Assembly (NCBI GenBank): GCA_036378535.1
Contig: DASUWH010000046.1
Location: 164,520-228,519, forward strand
DNA from: Terriglobales bacterium
GTDB taxonomy: Bacteria > Acidobacteriota > Terriglobia > Terriglobales > Acidobacteriaceae
Length of the DNA stretch: 64,000 bases
Direction: 5' to 3'
Shown piece by piece: positions 19,813-28,491 of the stretch (the first letter of the stretch is position 1; each line of letters begins with the position of its first letter). The translations under genes and the position numbers were made by a program. The notes under the pieces are model-generated. The model saw nothing but the letters and a program-made list of their open reading frames with translations, was not told where the DNA came from and made no database searches.

Positions 19813-21192
19813 ATGTCTTATTCCATCCTAGTTGTCGACGATGAAGCGCTGACGCTGCGAACTCTCAGTCGGGGCCTGCGTGAAGAGGGATTCGAAGTAT
19901 TCACCGCGACCTCGGGCGAGGAGGCGATCCGGCAGTTTCAGGAGGAGAAACCCGATCTTACCTTGCTCGATATTGTTCTACCGGGCATCGACGGCGTGGA
20001 GGTGTTGCGGCGGATCAAGAGCGCCAGTCCTGCCAGCATCGTGCTCATGATGTCGGCGTATCACATGGTGGATCGTGCAGTCGAGGCAATGAAGTTGGGC
20101 GCTTACGACTACGTAGTTAAACCCTTTTTGCTGGCCGATATGATTGCGACGCTGCATCGAGCCACGGAGATGCTCTCGCTGCGGGTGCGAGTCCGCGATA
20201 CGGTTGAAACCGCCAAGGGTACTTACGATTTCGGCAAAGTAGTGACGCAAAACTCGGTCATGCGGAACATGCTCGAGGTGGCGCGCAAAGCCGCGGAGGC
20301 CGATCGTACAACCATTCTTATTCTGGGCGAGAGCGGCACCGGGAAAGGCGTGCTGGCGCGGGCGATTCACTACGGCAGTCCGCGGGCTGTGCAACCCTTG
20401 CTTGAACTGAACTGCGCCTCTCTGCCAGATACGCTTCTAGAGAGCGAGTTATTTGGCTTCGAGCCAGGAGCCTTCACCGACGCGCGCCGGCGCAAGGAAG
20501 GGCTGCTCGAACGCGCGCACAAGGGGACCGTGTTCCTGGACGAGATTGGCAACATGTCTGCGAGCGTGCAGGCCAAGCTGCTACGTGTGCTCGAGGAAGG
20601 CACGTTCATGCGACTGGGCGGCGCGCGGGCCATCAAGGTGGATGTCCGGCTGATCGCGGCGACCAATGCTGACCTGAAAGCAGCCATGGCTGAAGGTCGC
20701 TTTCGCGAGGACTTGTTCTATCGTTTGAACGTTGTGCCGCTCTTTATTCCGCCGCTGCGCGAGCGGCGTGAGGACGTTTTGCCCCTTGCCCTCGACCTGG
20801 TCCAGCACTTCAATCGCGAATTAAAGAAGAACTTCACCGGATTTACTGCGGCCGCGGCTGAATTGCTCGATAATTACACTTGGCCGGGAAACATCCGCGA
20901 ATTGAAGAATGTGATCGAGCGCACCATGATTCTTGCCCCGGAGGGCGATATTGACGCCGAATACCTGCCCGAGGAAATCCGCGAACGGGACCAGGATGCG
21001 GCTGTCGCTCCAACGAGCGAAGATCCTATATCGCCCGGTCGAAAACTGATTACCCTGCGCGAATTGGAAGAAGACTACATCCAGGAAGTGCTGGCCAGCA
21101 CAGGAAATAACAAGACGCAGGCTGCCCGAATACTCGGGATCCATCCTACTTCGCTACTGAGAAGACTGAAGAAAGAACAAACAGTCAGCTGA
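19813..21192 (+). CDS. sigma-54-dependent response regulator (NtrC/AtoC family enhancer-binding protein)
   Basis: Receiver domain (ILVVDDE, LTLLDIVLPGIDG). AAA+ core with Walker A GESGTGKG, sigma-54 contact loop GAFTDA and RELKNVIER. C-terminal Fis-type HTH NKTQAARILGIHPTSLLRRL. Confidence 0.85.
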   Translation: MSYSILVVDDEALTLRTLSRGLREEGFEVFTATSGEEAIRQFQEEKPDLTLLDIVLPGIDGVEVLRRIKSASPASIVLMMSAYHMVDRAVEAMKLGAYDYVVKPFLLADMIATLHRATEMLSLRVRVRDTVETAKGTYDFGKVVTQNSVMRNMLEVARKAAEADRTTILILGESGTGKGVLARAIHYGSPRAVQPLLELNCASLPDTLLESELFGFEPGAFTDARRRKEGLLERAHKGTVFLDEIGNMSASVQAKLLRVLEEGTFMRLGGARAIKVDVRLIAATNADLKAAMAEGRFREDLFYRLNVVPLFIPPLRERREDVLPLALDLVQHFNRELKKNFTGFTAAAAELLDNYTWPGNIRELKNVIERTMILAPEGDIDAEYLPEEIRERDQDAAVAPTSEDPISPGRKLITLRELEEDYIQEVLASTGNNKTQAARILGIHPTSLLRRLKKEQTVS

Positions 21193-21215
21193 TGTTGTCG
21201 ACACGCGCTTCTCTG

Positions 21216-21231
21216 GGGCACTGTCTTAGCT
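21216..21231 (+). promoter_or_regulatory. candidate sigma-54 (-24/-12) promoter GGGCAC-N5-TAGCT
   Basis: GGGCACTGTCTTAGCT has GG and GC at the canonical spacing of TGGCAC-N5-TTGCW. It lies between the EBP gene and the GcvH-like gene, about 290 nt upstream of ATG 21514. A weaker second match is TGGCGTCGTAGCCGCAT at 21378-21394. Confidence 0.3.
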
Positions 21232-21513
21232 GTTGAACAGAGGACAGCTGCAATCATAAAAATGTTTCTGGCGATGGCAATTTGGTCCGCTGCAGATGAC
21301 GTTCTTTCAGCTGCCTCCGTCGTCACTGCAAAATGCAGTAGCGGTCTGCATTCCGCAGTAGTTACGGAGGTGATGCGTGGCGTCGTAGCCGCATCATAAG
21401 TCCTTCTTTCTCACCACATTTGCGCTCGAGCGCATTTGCCTTTCACGTGCACTTCTAAGGCATGAACGCTGGCGGCGAACAGGCGTAACCCGCCAGCCGC
21501 GAGGAGAACGGTC

Positions 21514-22173
21514 ATGTCAATACTTTTCGTCCTGCTGATGTTTCTACTGATCATGGTAGCCACCTACCTGCGTTCTCACGGACAAGTGCCGGCTAAGGCA
21601 GAGGTGTGGGCCGGGCCACAGGCGCCACGCATGGAGCGCGAGTATGGTTTCGCGATCCCCCAAGGCTACAGTTTCCATCCGGGCCATACCTGGGTGATAA
21701 ACGAAGGCGGCGAAAACACGCGTGTTGGCCTGGATAGCTTTGCGGCGAATCTGTTGGGGAGTATCGAGCACATCGATGTAATTAGTCCCAATCGCTGGAT
21801 TCGCCAGGGGCAGAAGCTGATGACGATCAAGAGCGGTGAGCAGTCGGTCGAGTTGCTATCTCCGGTCGAAGGCGTCGTCACGGCTGTGAACCAGGACCTC
21901 GCGGACAACCCTTCATTGGCCAGTCGCTCGCCTTACAAGGATGGCTGGGTGGCGATGATCAAGTCGCCAGACTTTGCCATCAATCAAAAAAATCTGATTC
22001 AGGGAACCATGGTTGCACCGTGGATGCAGAACAACGTGACCCGGCTGAATTCGATGGTCACGCAGCTGAATCCGGCGCTAGCCCAGGACGGCGGACAGCC
22101 AATCTCCGGGATTCTGGCGCGCGTAGCTCCGGAAGTACGGCAGAAGATCGTCGCCGAGTTTTTTCTTAACTAG
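21514..22173 (+). CDS. membrane-anchored glycine-cleavage-H-like (lipoyl/biotinyl-fold) protein without the canonical lipoyl-lysine
   Basis: N-terminal TM helix MSILFVLLMFLLIMVATYL. GcvH-like blocks GHTWV..EGGENTRVGLDSFAANLLGSI, LLSPVEGVVTAVNQDL, PYKDGWVAMIK. RBS GAGGAG upstream. Confidence 0.7.
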   Translation: MSILFVLLMFLLIMVATYLRSHGQVPAKAEVWAGPQAPRMEREYGFAIPQGYSFHPGHTWVINEGGENTRVGLDSFAANLLGSIEHIDVISPNRWIRQGQKLMTIKSGEQSVELLSPVEGVVTAVNQDLADNPSLASRSPYKDGWVAMIKSPDFAINQKNLIQGTMVAPWMQNNVTRLNSMVTQLNPALAQDGGQPISGILARVAPEVRQKIVAEFFLN

Positions 22174-22204
22174 TAACGCAGCGAGTTGATCGAGGAGATC
22201 GGCA

Positions 22205-22957
22205 ATGGAAAACACAAAAGCCATTCTGGTCGACATCACCAAATGCATCGGCTGCCGCTCGTGCGAGCAGGCATGCAAGCAATTGCACGGGTTGCCGACG
22301 AAAAGCGAGGCCAGGCTGTCGGACACCGCCCTCACGATCATTGAGGAGCACGAAGGAAAATTCGTGCGGCGGATGTGCATGAGCTGCCAGGATCCGGCGT
22401 GTGCTTCGGCCTGCCTGGTAGGGGCGTTGAAGAAAACTGCGCTGGGGCCAGTCACTTACGATTCTTCCAAGTGCATCGGCTGCCGCTATTGCATCGTTGC
22501 GTGTCCGTTCAATGTGCCGCGTTACGAGTGGTCCAAGCTGGCGCCCTTAGTAAAAAAATGCGACATGTGCTACGAGCGGCAAGCGCGTGGAGAAAAACCG
22601 GCGTGCGTCGAGGCATGTCCCACGGGAGCCTCGATTTCAGGCACACGGGAAGAGATACTGCTCGAGGCGCAGAAGCGCGTTCTGCTTGAACCCGGCTACG
22701 TGAAGCATATTTATGGCAGCCAGGAGGTGGGGGGCACTTCGGTATTCTTCATCTCCGATGTTCCCTTTGAAAAGCTGGGTTTCCCGGCGATCACGGAGCA
22801 ACCGATGCCCGTGTTGACCGCCAATGCCTTGGGCGATGTACCCACGGTGGTGCTGGTTGGCGGCGGTTTGCTGGCCGGCTTGTACTGGATTACGCAGCGG
22901 CGCGCGCAGGTGGCGCGAGCAGAAGGAGCGGATACCAGCTCCCCGGAGAGGAGGTAG
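22205..22957 (+). CDS. 4Fe-4S ferredoxin-type subunit (NrfC/PsrB/HybA/DsrO-like) with C-terminal TM anchor
   Basis: Cys clusters CIGCRSCEQAC, CMSCQDPAC..C, CIGCRYCIVAC, CDMCYER..CVEACP. C-terminal hydrophobic helix VPTVVLVGGGLLAGLYWI followed by RR. RBS GAGGAG. No N-terminal signal sequence. Confidence 0.8.
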   Translation: MENTKAILVDITKCIGCRSCEQACKQLHGLPTKSEARLSDTALTIIEEHEGKFVRRMCMSCQDPACASACLVGALKKTALGPVTYDSSKCIGCRYCIVACPFNVPRYEWSKLAPLVKKCDMCYERQARGEKPACVEACPTGASISGTREEILLEAQKRVLLEPGYVKHIYGSQEVGGTSVFFISDVPFEKLGFPAITEQPMPVLTANALGDVPTVVLVGGGLLAGLYWITQRRAQVARAEGADTSSPERR

Positions 22958-22961
22958 GGTC

Positions 22962-24215
22962 ATGATCAACAATACTCCACAGCAGGTGGCGCACGGCGCA
23001 GCGACGATTCCGTTCTTGTCTCACACCTCCGGCATGCAGAAGAAGCAGGCAAGATCCGTCGCCGATCACATCACGCTTTGGCGGGTGATCGTAGGAATCA
23101 TCTTTGCGGCTGGAGCTTACGCGGCCTACGCGCGTTTCGCGCTCGGCTTCGAACGCTCAACGCATCTGGTGGATGCGCAGCCTTGGGGCCTGTGGGTGGG
23201 GCTGGGAACATTGTGCGGCGTCGGATTGTCCGCCGGCGGTTTTGCTATTGCGGCTGCCGTTTATCTCTTGGGCTTCGAGCGCTACCGGCCTGTTTTGCGC
23301 ACCGCTGTTCTAGTTTCATTCCTGGGATACATTTCGGTGATGGTGGGCATGCTTTACGAACTGGGACTGCCGTGGCGGATCTGGCATCCCATTGTGATGT
23401 GGAATCGGCACTCGGTGCTGTTTGAGGTTTCCTGGTGCGTGATGCTTTACAGCACCGTACTCGCCCTGGAGTTTTCGCCCGCACTGGTCGAGAAGATCCC
23501 GTTTACAAAGCTGCGAGATCTTTATCTGAAGTGGCACCATGAAATTCTTATCGCTCTGGTTTTGATTGGAACCGTTCTCTCCTCCTTGCACCAATCCTTT
23601 CTCGGCGGGCTTTATCTGCTGACCAGGGGAAAGCTTGATCCGCTCTGGTATAGCCCTTACCTGCCCACGCTCTTTTATCTGTCGGCGATCCCTGCCGGGT
23701 TGGCGGTCACCATCATGGCCCTCTACCTGTCGTCGCGCTCGCTCAACGTACGGGTTGATCTAAGCATTCTGAGCGACGTAAGCCGGGTAATTGCGCCCAT
23801 GCTGCTGATTTATGCGTTGTTTCGCGGCGTCGATCTTTTTACCCACGGCGGTTCGGCGTATTTGTGGCGGTGGCGCGAGGAGACTCTGTCCTTCTGGCTG
23901 GAGATCGGATTGTTCGTACTTGCTCCGGTTGTACTCCTGAGCCGCGAGAAAGTGCGCAACCATCCGCAGAACCTGTACTGGACCTGTTCTCTGATCGTGA
24001 TGGGATTCATTGCTAACCGGCTTAACGTCTCCATCACCGGACTGCAGGCCAGTTCAGGTTTTTATTACGTGCCGAAGTGGACGGAATTTGCACTGACGCT
24101 GGCTACCATCCTAGCGGCAGTGCTCGCGTTCCGTTACGCGGTGATCTACCTGGATATCCTTCCCAAGAACAATGCCCGGCCACGTTGGGTCAGTAGCACC
24201 GTAGCCGAAGCTTAA
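22962..24215 (+). CDS. NrfD/PsrC-family polytopic membrane (quinone-interacting) subunit
   Basis: About 417 aa with about 10 hydrophobic helices. Follows the FeS subunit after 4 nt, with GGAGAGGAGG upstream of ATG 22962. The order FeS subunit then NrfD-like subunit is the classical module. Confidence 0.65.
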   Translation: MINNTPQQVAHGAATIPFLSHTSGMQKKQARSVADHITLWRVIVGIIFAAGAYAAYARFALGFERSTHLVDAQPWGLWVGLGTLCGVGLSAGGFAIAAAVYLLGFERYRPVLRTAVLVSFLGYISVMVGMLYELGLPWRIWHPIVMWNRHSVLFEVSWCVMLYSTVLALEFSPALVEKIPFTKLRDLYLKWHHEILIALVLIGTVLSSLHQSFLGGLYLLTRGKLDPLWYSPYLPTLFYLSAIPAGLAVTIMALYLSSRSLNVRVDLSILSDVSRVIAPMLLIYALFRGVDLFTHGGSAYLWRWREETLSFWLEIGLFVLAPVVLLSREKVRNHPQNLYWTCSLIVMGFIANRLNVSITGLQASSGFYYVPKWTEFALTLATILAAVLAFRYAVIYLDILPKNNARPRWVSSTVAEA

Positions 24216-24232
24216 CGGCGGCTTCGCTCTGT

Positions 24233-24258
24233 GGGACCGGCAGGAAACTGCTGGTCCC
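24233..24258 (+). terminator. stem-loop after the NrfD-like gene (11-bp stem, GAAA loop, no clear U-tract)
   Basis: GGGACCGGCAG-GAAA-CTGCTGGTCCC begins 18 nt after the stop. It contains one G.T pair. Confidence 0.4.
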
Positions 24259-24427
24259 GACTGGCCGTAATCCGGTAATCCTTTTCAGCGATAGCATCAC
24301 CCGGAAAAGATTTCCCGGGCGGGTATTTCGTGCACGCCGTCCACACTAGAGCGTACGCCGTTTCAATGGGTTACGGTCGATCTTTCTGGAACGTAAGTTG
24401 CTGAATTGGAAGGCAAGGAGATCTCCC

Positions 24428-25291
24428 ATGTCTGAAGAAGTCCCTTCCGTTTCGCATCCCTTGGTTCGTTCTCGGGCCGGTTCCTTGGCATTAGGAGTAG
24501 TAATTATCGTCGCTTTGGTGGCATTGGTTGGATATGCGTTTCACGAGCACAATGTTTCCAAACAACTGGTTGCGCAAAATAATGCACTCACGGCGACGCT
24601 GGCCAGCACACGCGGCCAAATCGACTTGTTGAGTGAAAAGCTGAACAACCTGGCCCAGGAGCCTCCCGCGGCCAAGCCTGCGGCAGCGCACCCTGCTCAG
24701 GCTTCCATTACAAAGCACGGCAAACATCATGCTGTCAGATCGGTTGATCCGGGCTGGAAGCAACTGCAAGGACAGGTAAGCGAGCAAGGCAGACAGATCG
24801 AGTCCACGCGGCAGGAACTGTCGAGCACGCGCACTGAGTTGCAGGGGTCGATCGCGCGCACTCATGACGAATTAGTTCTCATGCAAAAGAAGGGCGAGCG
24901 CGCCTACTTCGAATTTGACGCCGACAAGAGCAGTCAGTTCCAACACGACGGCCCGGTTGGGGTGCGCCTGCGCAAGGCCAACACCAAGCATCAATACGCC
25001 GACCTCGAGTTGCTGGTGGACGACTACAAGGTCTCAAAGAAGCACGTCAATATTTATGAGCCGGTTGTGTTCTATACGCCGGAAAGCCAGCTGCCGGTCG
25101 AGCTGGTGATCAACACCATCAGCAAGAACCACATACATGGTTACGTCAGCGAACCAAAATATAAAGCCTCGGATTTGCAGGCCATGGCTGGCCGAGCGAA
25201 CGGCGATACCGGTGCAACCAATCCGCAAGCCAAGCCGTCACCCGAGCGCCAACGTCTGGAATTACCCAAGAGCGACTCTAACCAGAACTGA
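24428..25291 (+). CDS. hypothetical membrane-anchored coiled-coil protein
   Basis: AAGGAG RBS before ATG 24428. TM helix LALGVVIIVALVALVGYAF. Heptad-like region, then a beta-rich C-terminal domain. No recognisable family. Confidence 0.5.
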   Translation: MSEEVPSVSHPLVRSRAGSLALGVVIIVALVALVGYAFHEHNVSKQLVAQNNALTATLASTRGQIDLLSEKLNNLAQEPPAAKPAAAHPAQASITKHGKHHAVRSVDPGWKQLQGQVSEQGRQIESTRQELSSTRTELQGSIARTHDELVLMQKKGERAYFEFDADKSSQFQHDGPVGVRLRKANTKHQYADLELLVDDYKVSKKHVNIYEPVVFYTPESQLPVELVINTISKNHIHGYVSEPKYKASDLQAMAGRANGDTGATNPQAKPSPERQRLELPKSDSNQN

Positions 25292-25321
25292 GTTCATCGC
25301 TATAGCTTGGAATCTACGTCA

Positions 25322-25361
25322 TCAGGAAGGCCTGGCATAGACCATGCCTTCCTGAGATTTT
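25322..25361 (+). terminator. Rho-independent terminator
   Basis: Perfect 10-bp stem TCAGGAAGGC / GCCTTCCTGA followed by GATTTT, 30 nt after the stop at 25291. Confidence 0.65.
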
Positions 25362-25526
25362 CGGCACGGGTAGTCTGGGCACGAGCCTTGCTTAACTCTG
25401 CTTATCACTCCATTCCCCTTTTCGGCGGGACAAAATCCGGCATTCGAGATATATTTACGATTACTTACCTTTGCTTTCGTTTGCTAGAGTTCGCAACGGC
25501 TTTGCCGCAGTGACAAGGAGTTCTGC

Positions 25527-27746
25527 ATGACCCGCAATTCTGTTTACCTTCTCGTTCCAGCTTTGGTTCTGACTCTAAGCTGTTCCCGTCCTGCCGGTCG
25601 GACACAATCCGCCGCGCCGCCTTCGCGTCCGTCCGACATCAAGGTGACTGTGAGTGATGGTGGTCCCGTTGTCATTCAGACGTCCGGCGCTGAGTTCCAG
25701 GTGCTGCCGTCCGGCTACATTCAGGGATCGTTGCTGAAGTCAGGCAAGAAGCTCACCCTCGACGAACCGCCCGTAGGTACTCCGGGAGGAAGTGATTACC
25801 TGATGGTGGACGGGAAGGAAGTCAGGTTCACGCTCGATTTCAGCAATGCGAAGGTACTGGAATCTCAAGGCAAGATGGGCCGAGGGAAACGGGTGGAAAT
25901 CCCGGCCCACCTGCTCGGGCCCGCCTCGGCGGCTACGATCCAGCGAACGCTAGCCGTGGAAGTCTACGACGATTTCCCCGACGTGCTATTAGAAAGTCTC
26001 GAATATCGCAACACTGGAAACGTGGACCTCAAGATTGATGAGATCGTCACCCAGGCGCACCGGCTGAATTCTGCTGTCTCCGGCGCTAATAGTGAGCCCT
26101 ACGACCTGTGGTCGTTTCATGGTTCGAGCTATGACTGGGGCAAGGATGATGTCATTCACCTGACGCGCAAGTTTTCCATGCCCAATGCGATGGGAGAAGA
26201 AGTGAAGGGCGGCTACGGAGGCGGCATTCCCGTGGTTGCGTTCTGGAACGCTTCGGTGGGAGAAGCGATCGGGCATGTCGAAACTGTGCCGCTTACGGTT
26301 TCCTTGCCCGTGAAAGTCGAGAGCGATGGCCGTGTCGCCGCTTCCATCACGATCCCGGCGAACACGACCTTGAAGCCCGGCGATGCTTATGCGACGCCGC
26401 GCAGCTTTCTGGCGGTTTACTCCGGAGATTTTTACGAGCCACTGCGCATGTGGTCGTCGGTGCTGGCCAAAGAGGGATGGAATCTCCCCAAGCCGTCCAG
26501 CGAAGCCTACAACGTGAGTTGGTGCGGCTGGGGTTATGAATTCAACGTTACCCCTGCGCAGATGCTGGGTACCATTCCTAAGTTAAAAGAATTTGGCATC
26601 AAGTGGGCCACGCTGGATGATCGCTGGTTCAATACCTATGGTGACTGGGAGCCGCGGGCGGATACCTTCCCCGGCGATTCTATTAAAAAGATGGTGGACG
26701 ACTTTCACAAGCAGGGCGAGCTGGTGCAGCTCTGGTGGTTGCCGCTGGCCGTCGAGGATGGGCAGGGGCGGTGGGAGTCGCACAAATATATCGTTTCCAA
26801 AGTTGTCCAAGAGCACCCCGACTGGCTCATTTTGGACAAAGAGGGGAAGCATGCGCGCATGACCCGAGATCTGGCGGCGCTGGATCCGTCGTTGCCGGAG
26901 GTGCAGGCCTATTACAAACAGCTCACCGAAAAATTCATTCGCGACTGGGGCTTCGACGGCAGCAAGCTGGACAACATTTATAGCGTCCCCGCCTGCTATA
27001 ACCCGGCGCATCATCACAAGTCGCCGCAGGAGTCGGTGAACGCGATGGCGGACGTTTACAAGGTGATATTCCAGACTACGCGCGCTATTAAGCCGGAGAG
27101 CGTGACGCAATCGTGTCCCTGCGGTACGCCGCCGTCGCTGGCATGGCTGCCTTACATGGACCAGGCGGTTACCGCTGATCCGGTTGGGGCGGTGCAGGTT
27201 CGCCGACGAATCAAGATGTACAAAGCATTGCTAGGGCCTGACTCGGCCGTCTATGGCGACCACGTGGAACTCTCTGCCATGAGCCGCGTCGGCAATAACT
27301 GGAGTGAGCACGGCAGCGACTTTGCTTCCACCGTCGGTACCGGCGGAGTTGTAGGGACGAAATTTGTGTGGCCCGATCCCGGCCCGAAGTTTAAGCCGGT
27401 TGCGCTCACCCCGCAGAAGGAAGAGCACTGGAAAAAATGGATCGGAATCTATAACCAAAAGATGCTTTCCAAAGGAACTTTTCTGGATCTTTACACCACG
27501 GGCTACGACACTCCGGAAGGGTACGCGATCCAGAAGGGCGGAAAAATGTACTATGCATTTTTCTCACCAGATCCGGCTAAACCGTGGAAGGGATCGGTTG
27601 AACTTCGCGGCCTCAAGCCGGGTACATATCACGTCACCGAATACGCTGAGGGAAAAGACCTGGGAACAGTGACGGCAACTTCGGATAAGGCACCAACCTT
27701 GAACGCTGAGTTTACAGACAACCTGCTCCTCGAAGTGGCGCCTTAG
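25527..27746 (+). CDS. lipoprotein glycoside hydrolase, clan GH-D (alpha-galactosidase / GH27-GH36-like)
   Basis: Lipobox-like LVLTLSC. FGIKWATLDDRWFNTYGDW and GFDGSKLDN resemble the (L/I)DD(C/G)W and KxD catalytic blocks of alpha-galactosidases. RBS AAGGAG. Confidence 0.6.
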   Translation: MTRNSVYLLVPALVLTLSCSRPAGRTQSAAPPSRPSDIKVTVSDGGPVVIQTSGAEFQVLPSGYIQGSLLKSGKKLTLDEPPVGTPGGSDYLMVDGKEVRFTLDFSNAKVLESQGKMGRGKRVEIPAHLLGPASAATIQRTLAVEVYDDFPDVLLESLEYRNTGNVDLKIDEIVTQAHRLNSAVSGANSEPYDLWSFHGSSYDWGKDDVIHLTRKFSMPNAMGEEVKGGYGGGIPVVAFWNASVGEAIGHVETVPLTVSLPVKVESDGRVAASITIPANTTLKPGDAYATPRSFLAVYSGDFYEPLRMWSSVLAKEGWNLPKPSSEAYNVSWCGWGYEFNVTPAQMLGTIPKLKEFGIKWATLDDRWFNTYGDWEPRADTFPGDSIKKMVDDFHKQGELVQLWWLPLAVEDGQGRWESHKYIVSKVVQEHPDWLILDKEGKHARMTRDLAALDPSLPEVQAYYKQLTEKFIRDWGFDGSKLDNIYSVPACYNPAHHHKSPQESVNAMADVYKVIFQTTRAIKPESVTQSCPCGTPPSLAWLPYMDQAVTADPVGAVQVRRRIKMYKALLGPDSAVYGDHVELSAMSRVGNNWSEHGSDFASTVGTGGVVGTKFVWPDPGPKFKPVALTPQKEEHWKKWIGIYNQKMLSKGTFLDLYTTGYDTPEGYAIQKGGKMYYAFFSPDPAKPWKGSVELRGLKPGTYHVTEYAEGKDLGTVTATSDKAPTLNAEFTDNLLLEVAP

Positions 27747-27750
27747 ACGA

Positions 27751-27789
27751 ACGGCCACGGAAGTCATGACTTAAATACCCCGTGGCCGT
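27751..27789. terminator. hairpin between convergent genes (possible bidirectional terminator)
   Basis: Perfect 10-bp stem ACGGCCACGG / CCGTGGCCGT. The loop contains the 12-nt palindrome AAGTCATGACTT. T-rich sequence follows on the plus strand. Confidence 0.5.
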
Positions 27790-27818
27790 TTCTCTGGCTA
27801 TCTGCTTCCTCCCAGGAC

Positions 27819-28202
27819 TTACTTCTGCGCGAGTTCTCTGACCTCGGTGCCGTGCACAATGTCGTGCACGTGCCCGGCGTGTTCAGACCATACCTGGTGC
27901 AATACCCTCTGTTTCCCGTCCTGGCGGAATACCAACTTATTTTCCGTGGGCACGCTCTTGTCGACGATATCGCGCGTGAAAACCGATACGGTTTCCGATG
28001 TGTTTTTGTTGTGGATATAGACGCGGCTGGTGCTGCTGTCGAAAGAAAAGCTGTATTCGCCAGCCGGCATCTGGATATTTCCGACCATGAAGGCGGCGTC
28101 TACCGTCGTGGTGATCGTTCCAGAAAGCATTTGCGAGAATGCCACGGGAACGATCAGCAGAATACACGCAGTGACCACACCGAAGAGCAATATTTCCCGC
28201 AT
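27819..28202 (-). CDS. small secreted hypothetical protein
   Basis: 127 aa with N-terminal signal/anchor MREILLFGVVTACILLIVPVAFSQ. No recognisable motif. Confidence 0.45.
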   Translation of the reverse strand: MREILLFGVVTACILLIVPVAFSQMLSGTITTTVDAAFMVGNIQMPAGEYSFSFDSSTSRVYIHNKNTSETVSVFTRDIVDKSVPTENKLVFRQDGKQRVLHQVWSEHAGHVHDIVHGTEVRELAQK

Positions 28203-28491
28203 AATACCCCCTTAACTCCGTGCTTCGAGAAGGTTGAGAAAGGGAGAAGTCAGGCCGCTGTCGGCCTCTCCTTCAACATGCAGCCGAGCACTTTGCTGCA
28301 GTTACCAATTCGAACAGCGTTTGTCTCAATCATAGGTGGGGATATCTGTGATAATTCATTAATTCGTAATCGTGGGAGGACAGCTGTTCCAGTTCGGGGT
28401 TTCCGAAATTTCAGGAAATACTGATTAGGGAAAACACAATCTATACTTCGCCGAGTGTCCCGGAGAACGGCCGTGAATGGCTAGTCAGGTG

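Noticed and set aside
21378-21394. Second sigma-54-like match TGGCGT-N5-CCGCAT, with palindromes about 40 bp upstream.
   Set aside because: The GG/GC spacing is correct but both hexamers deviate more from the consensus than the 21216 candidate. The putative UAS would also be unusually close. It is mentioned only as an alternative, not annotated.
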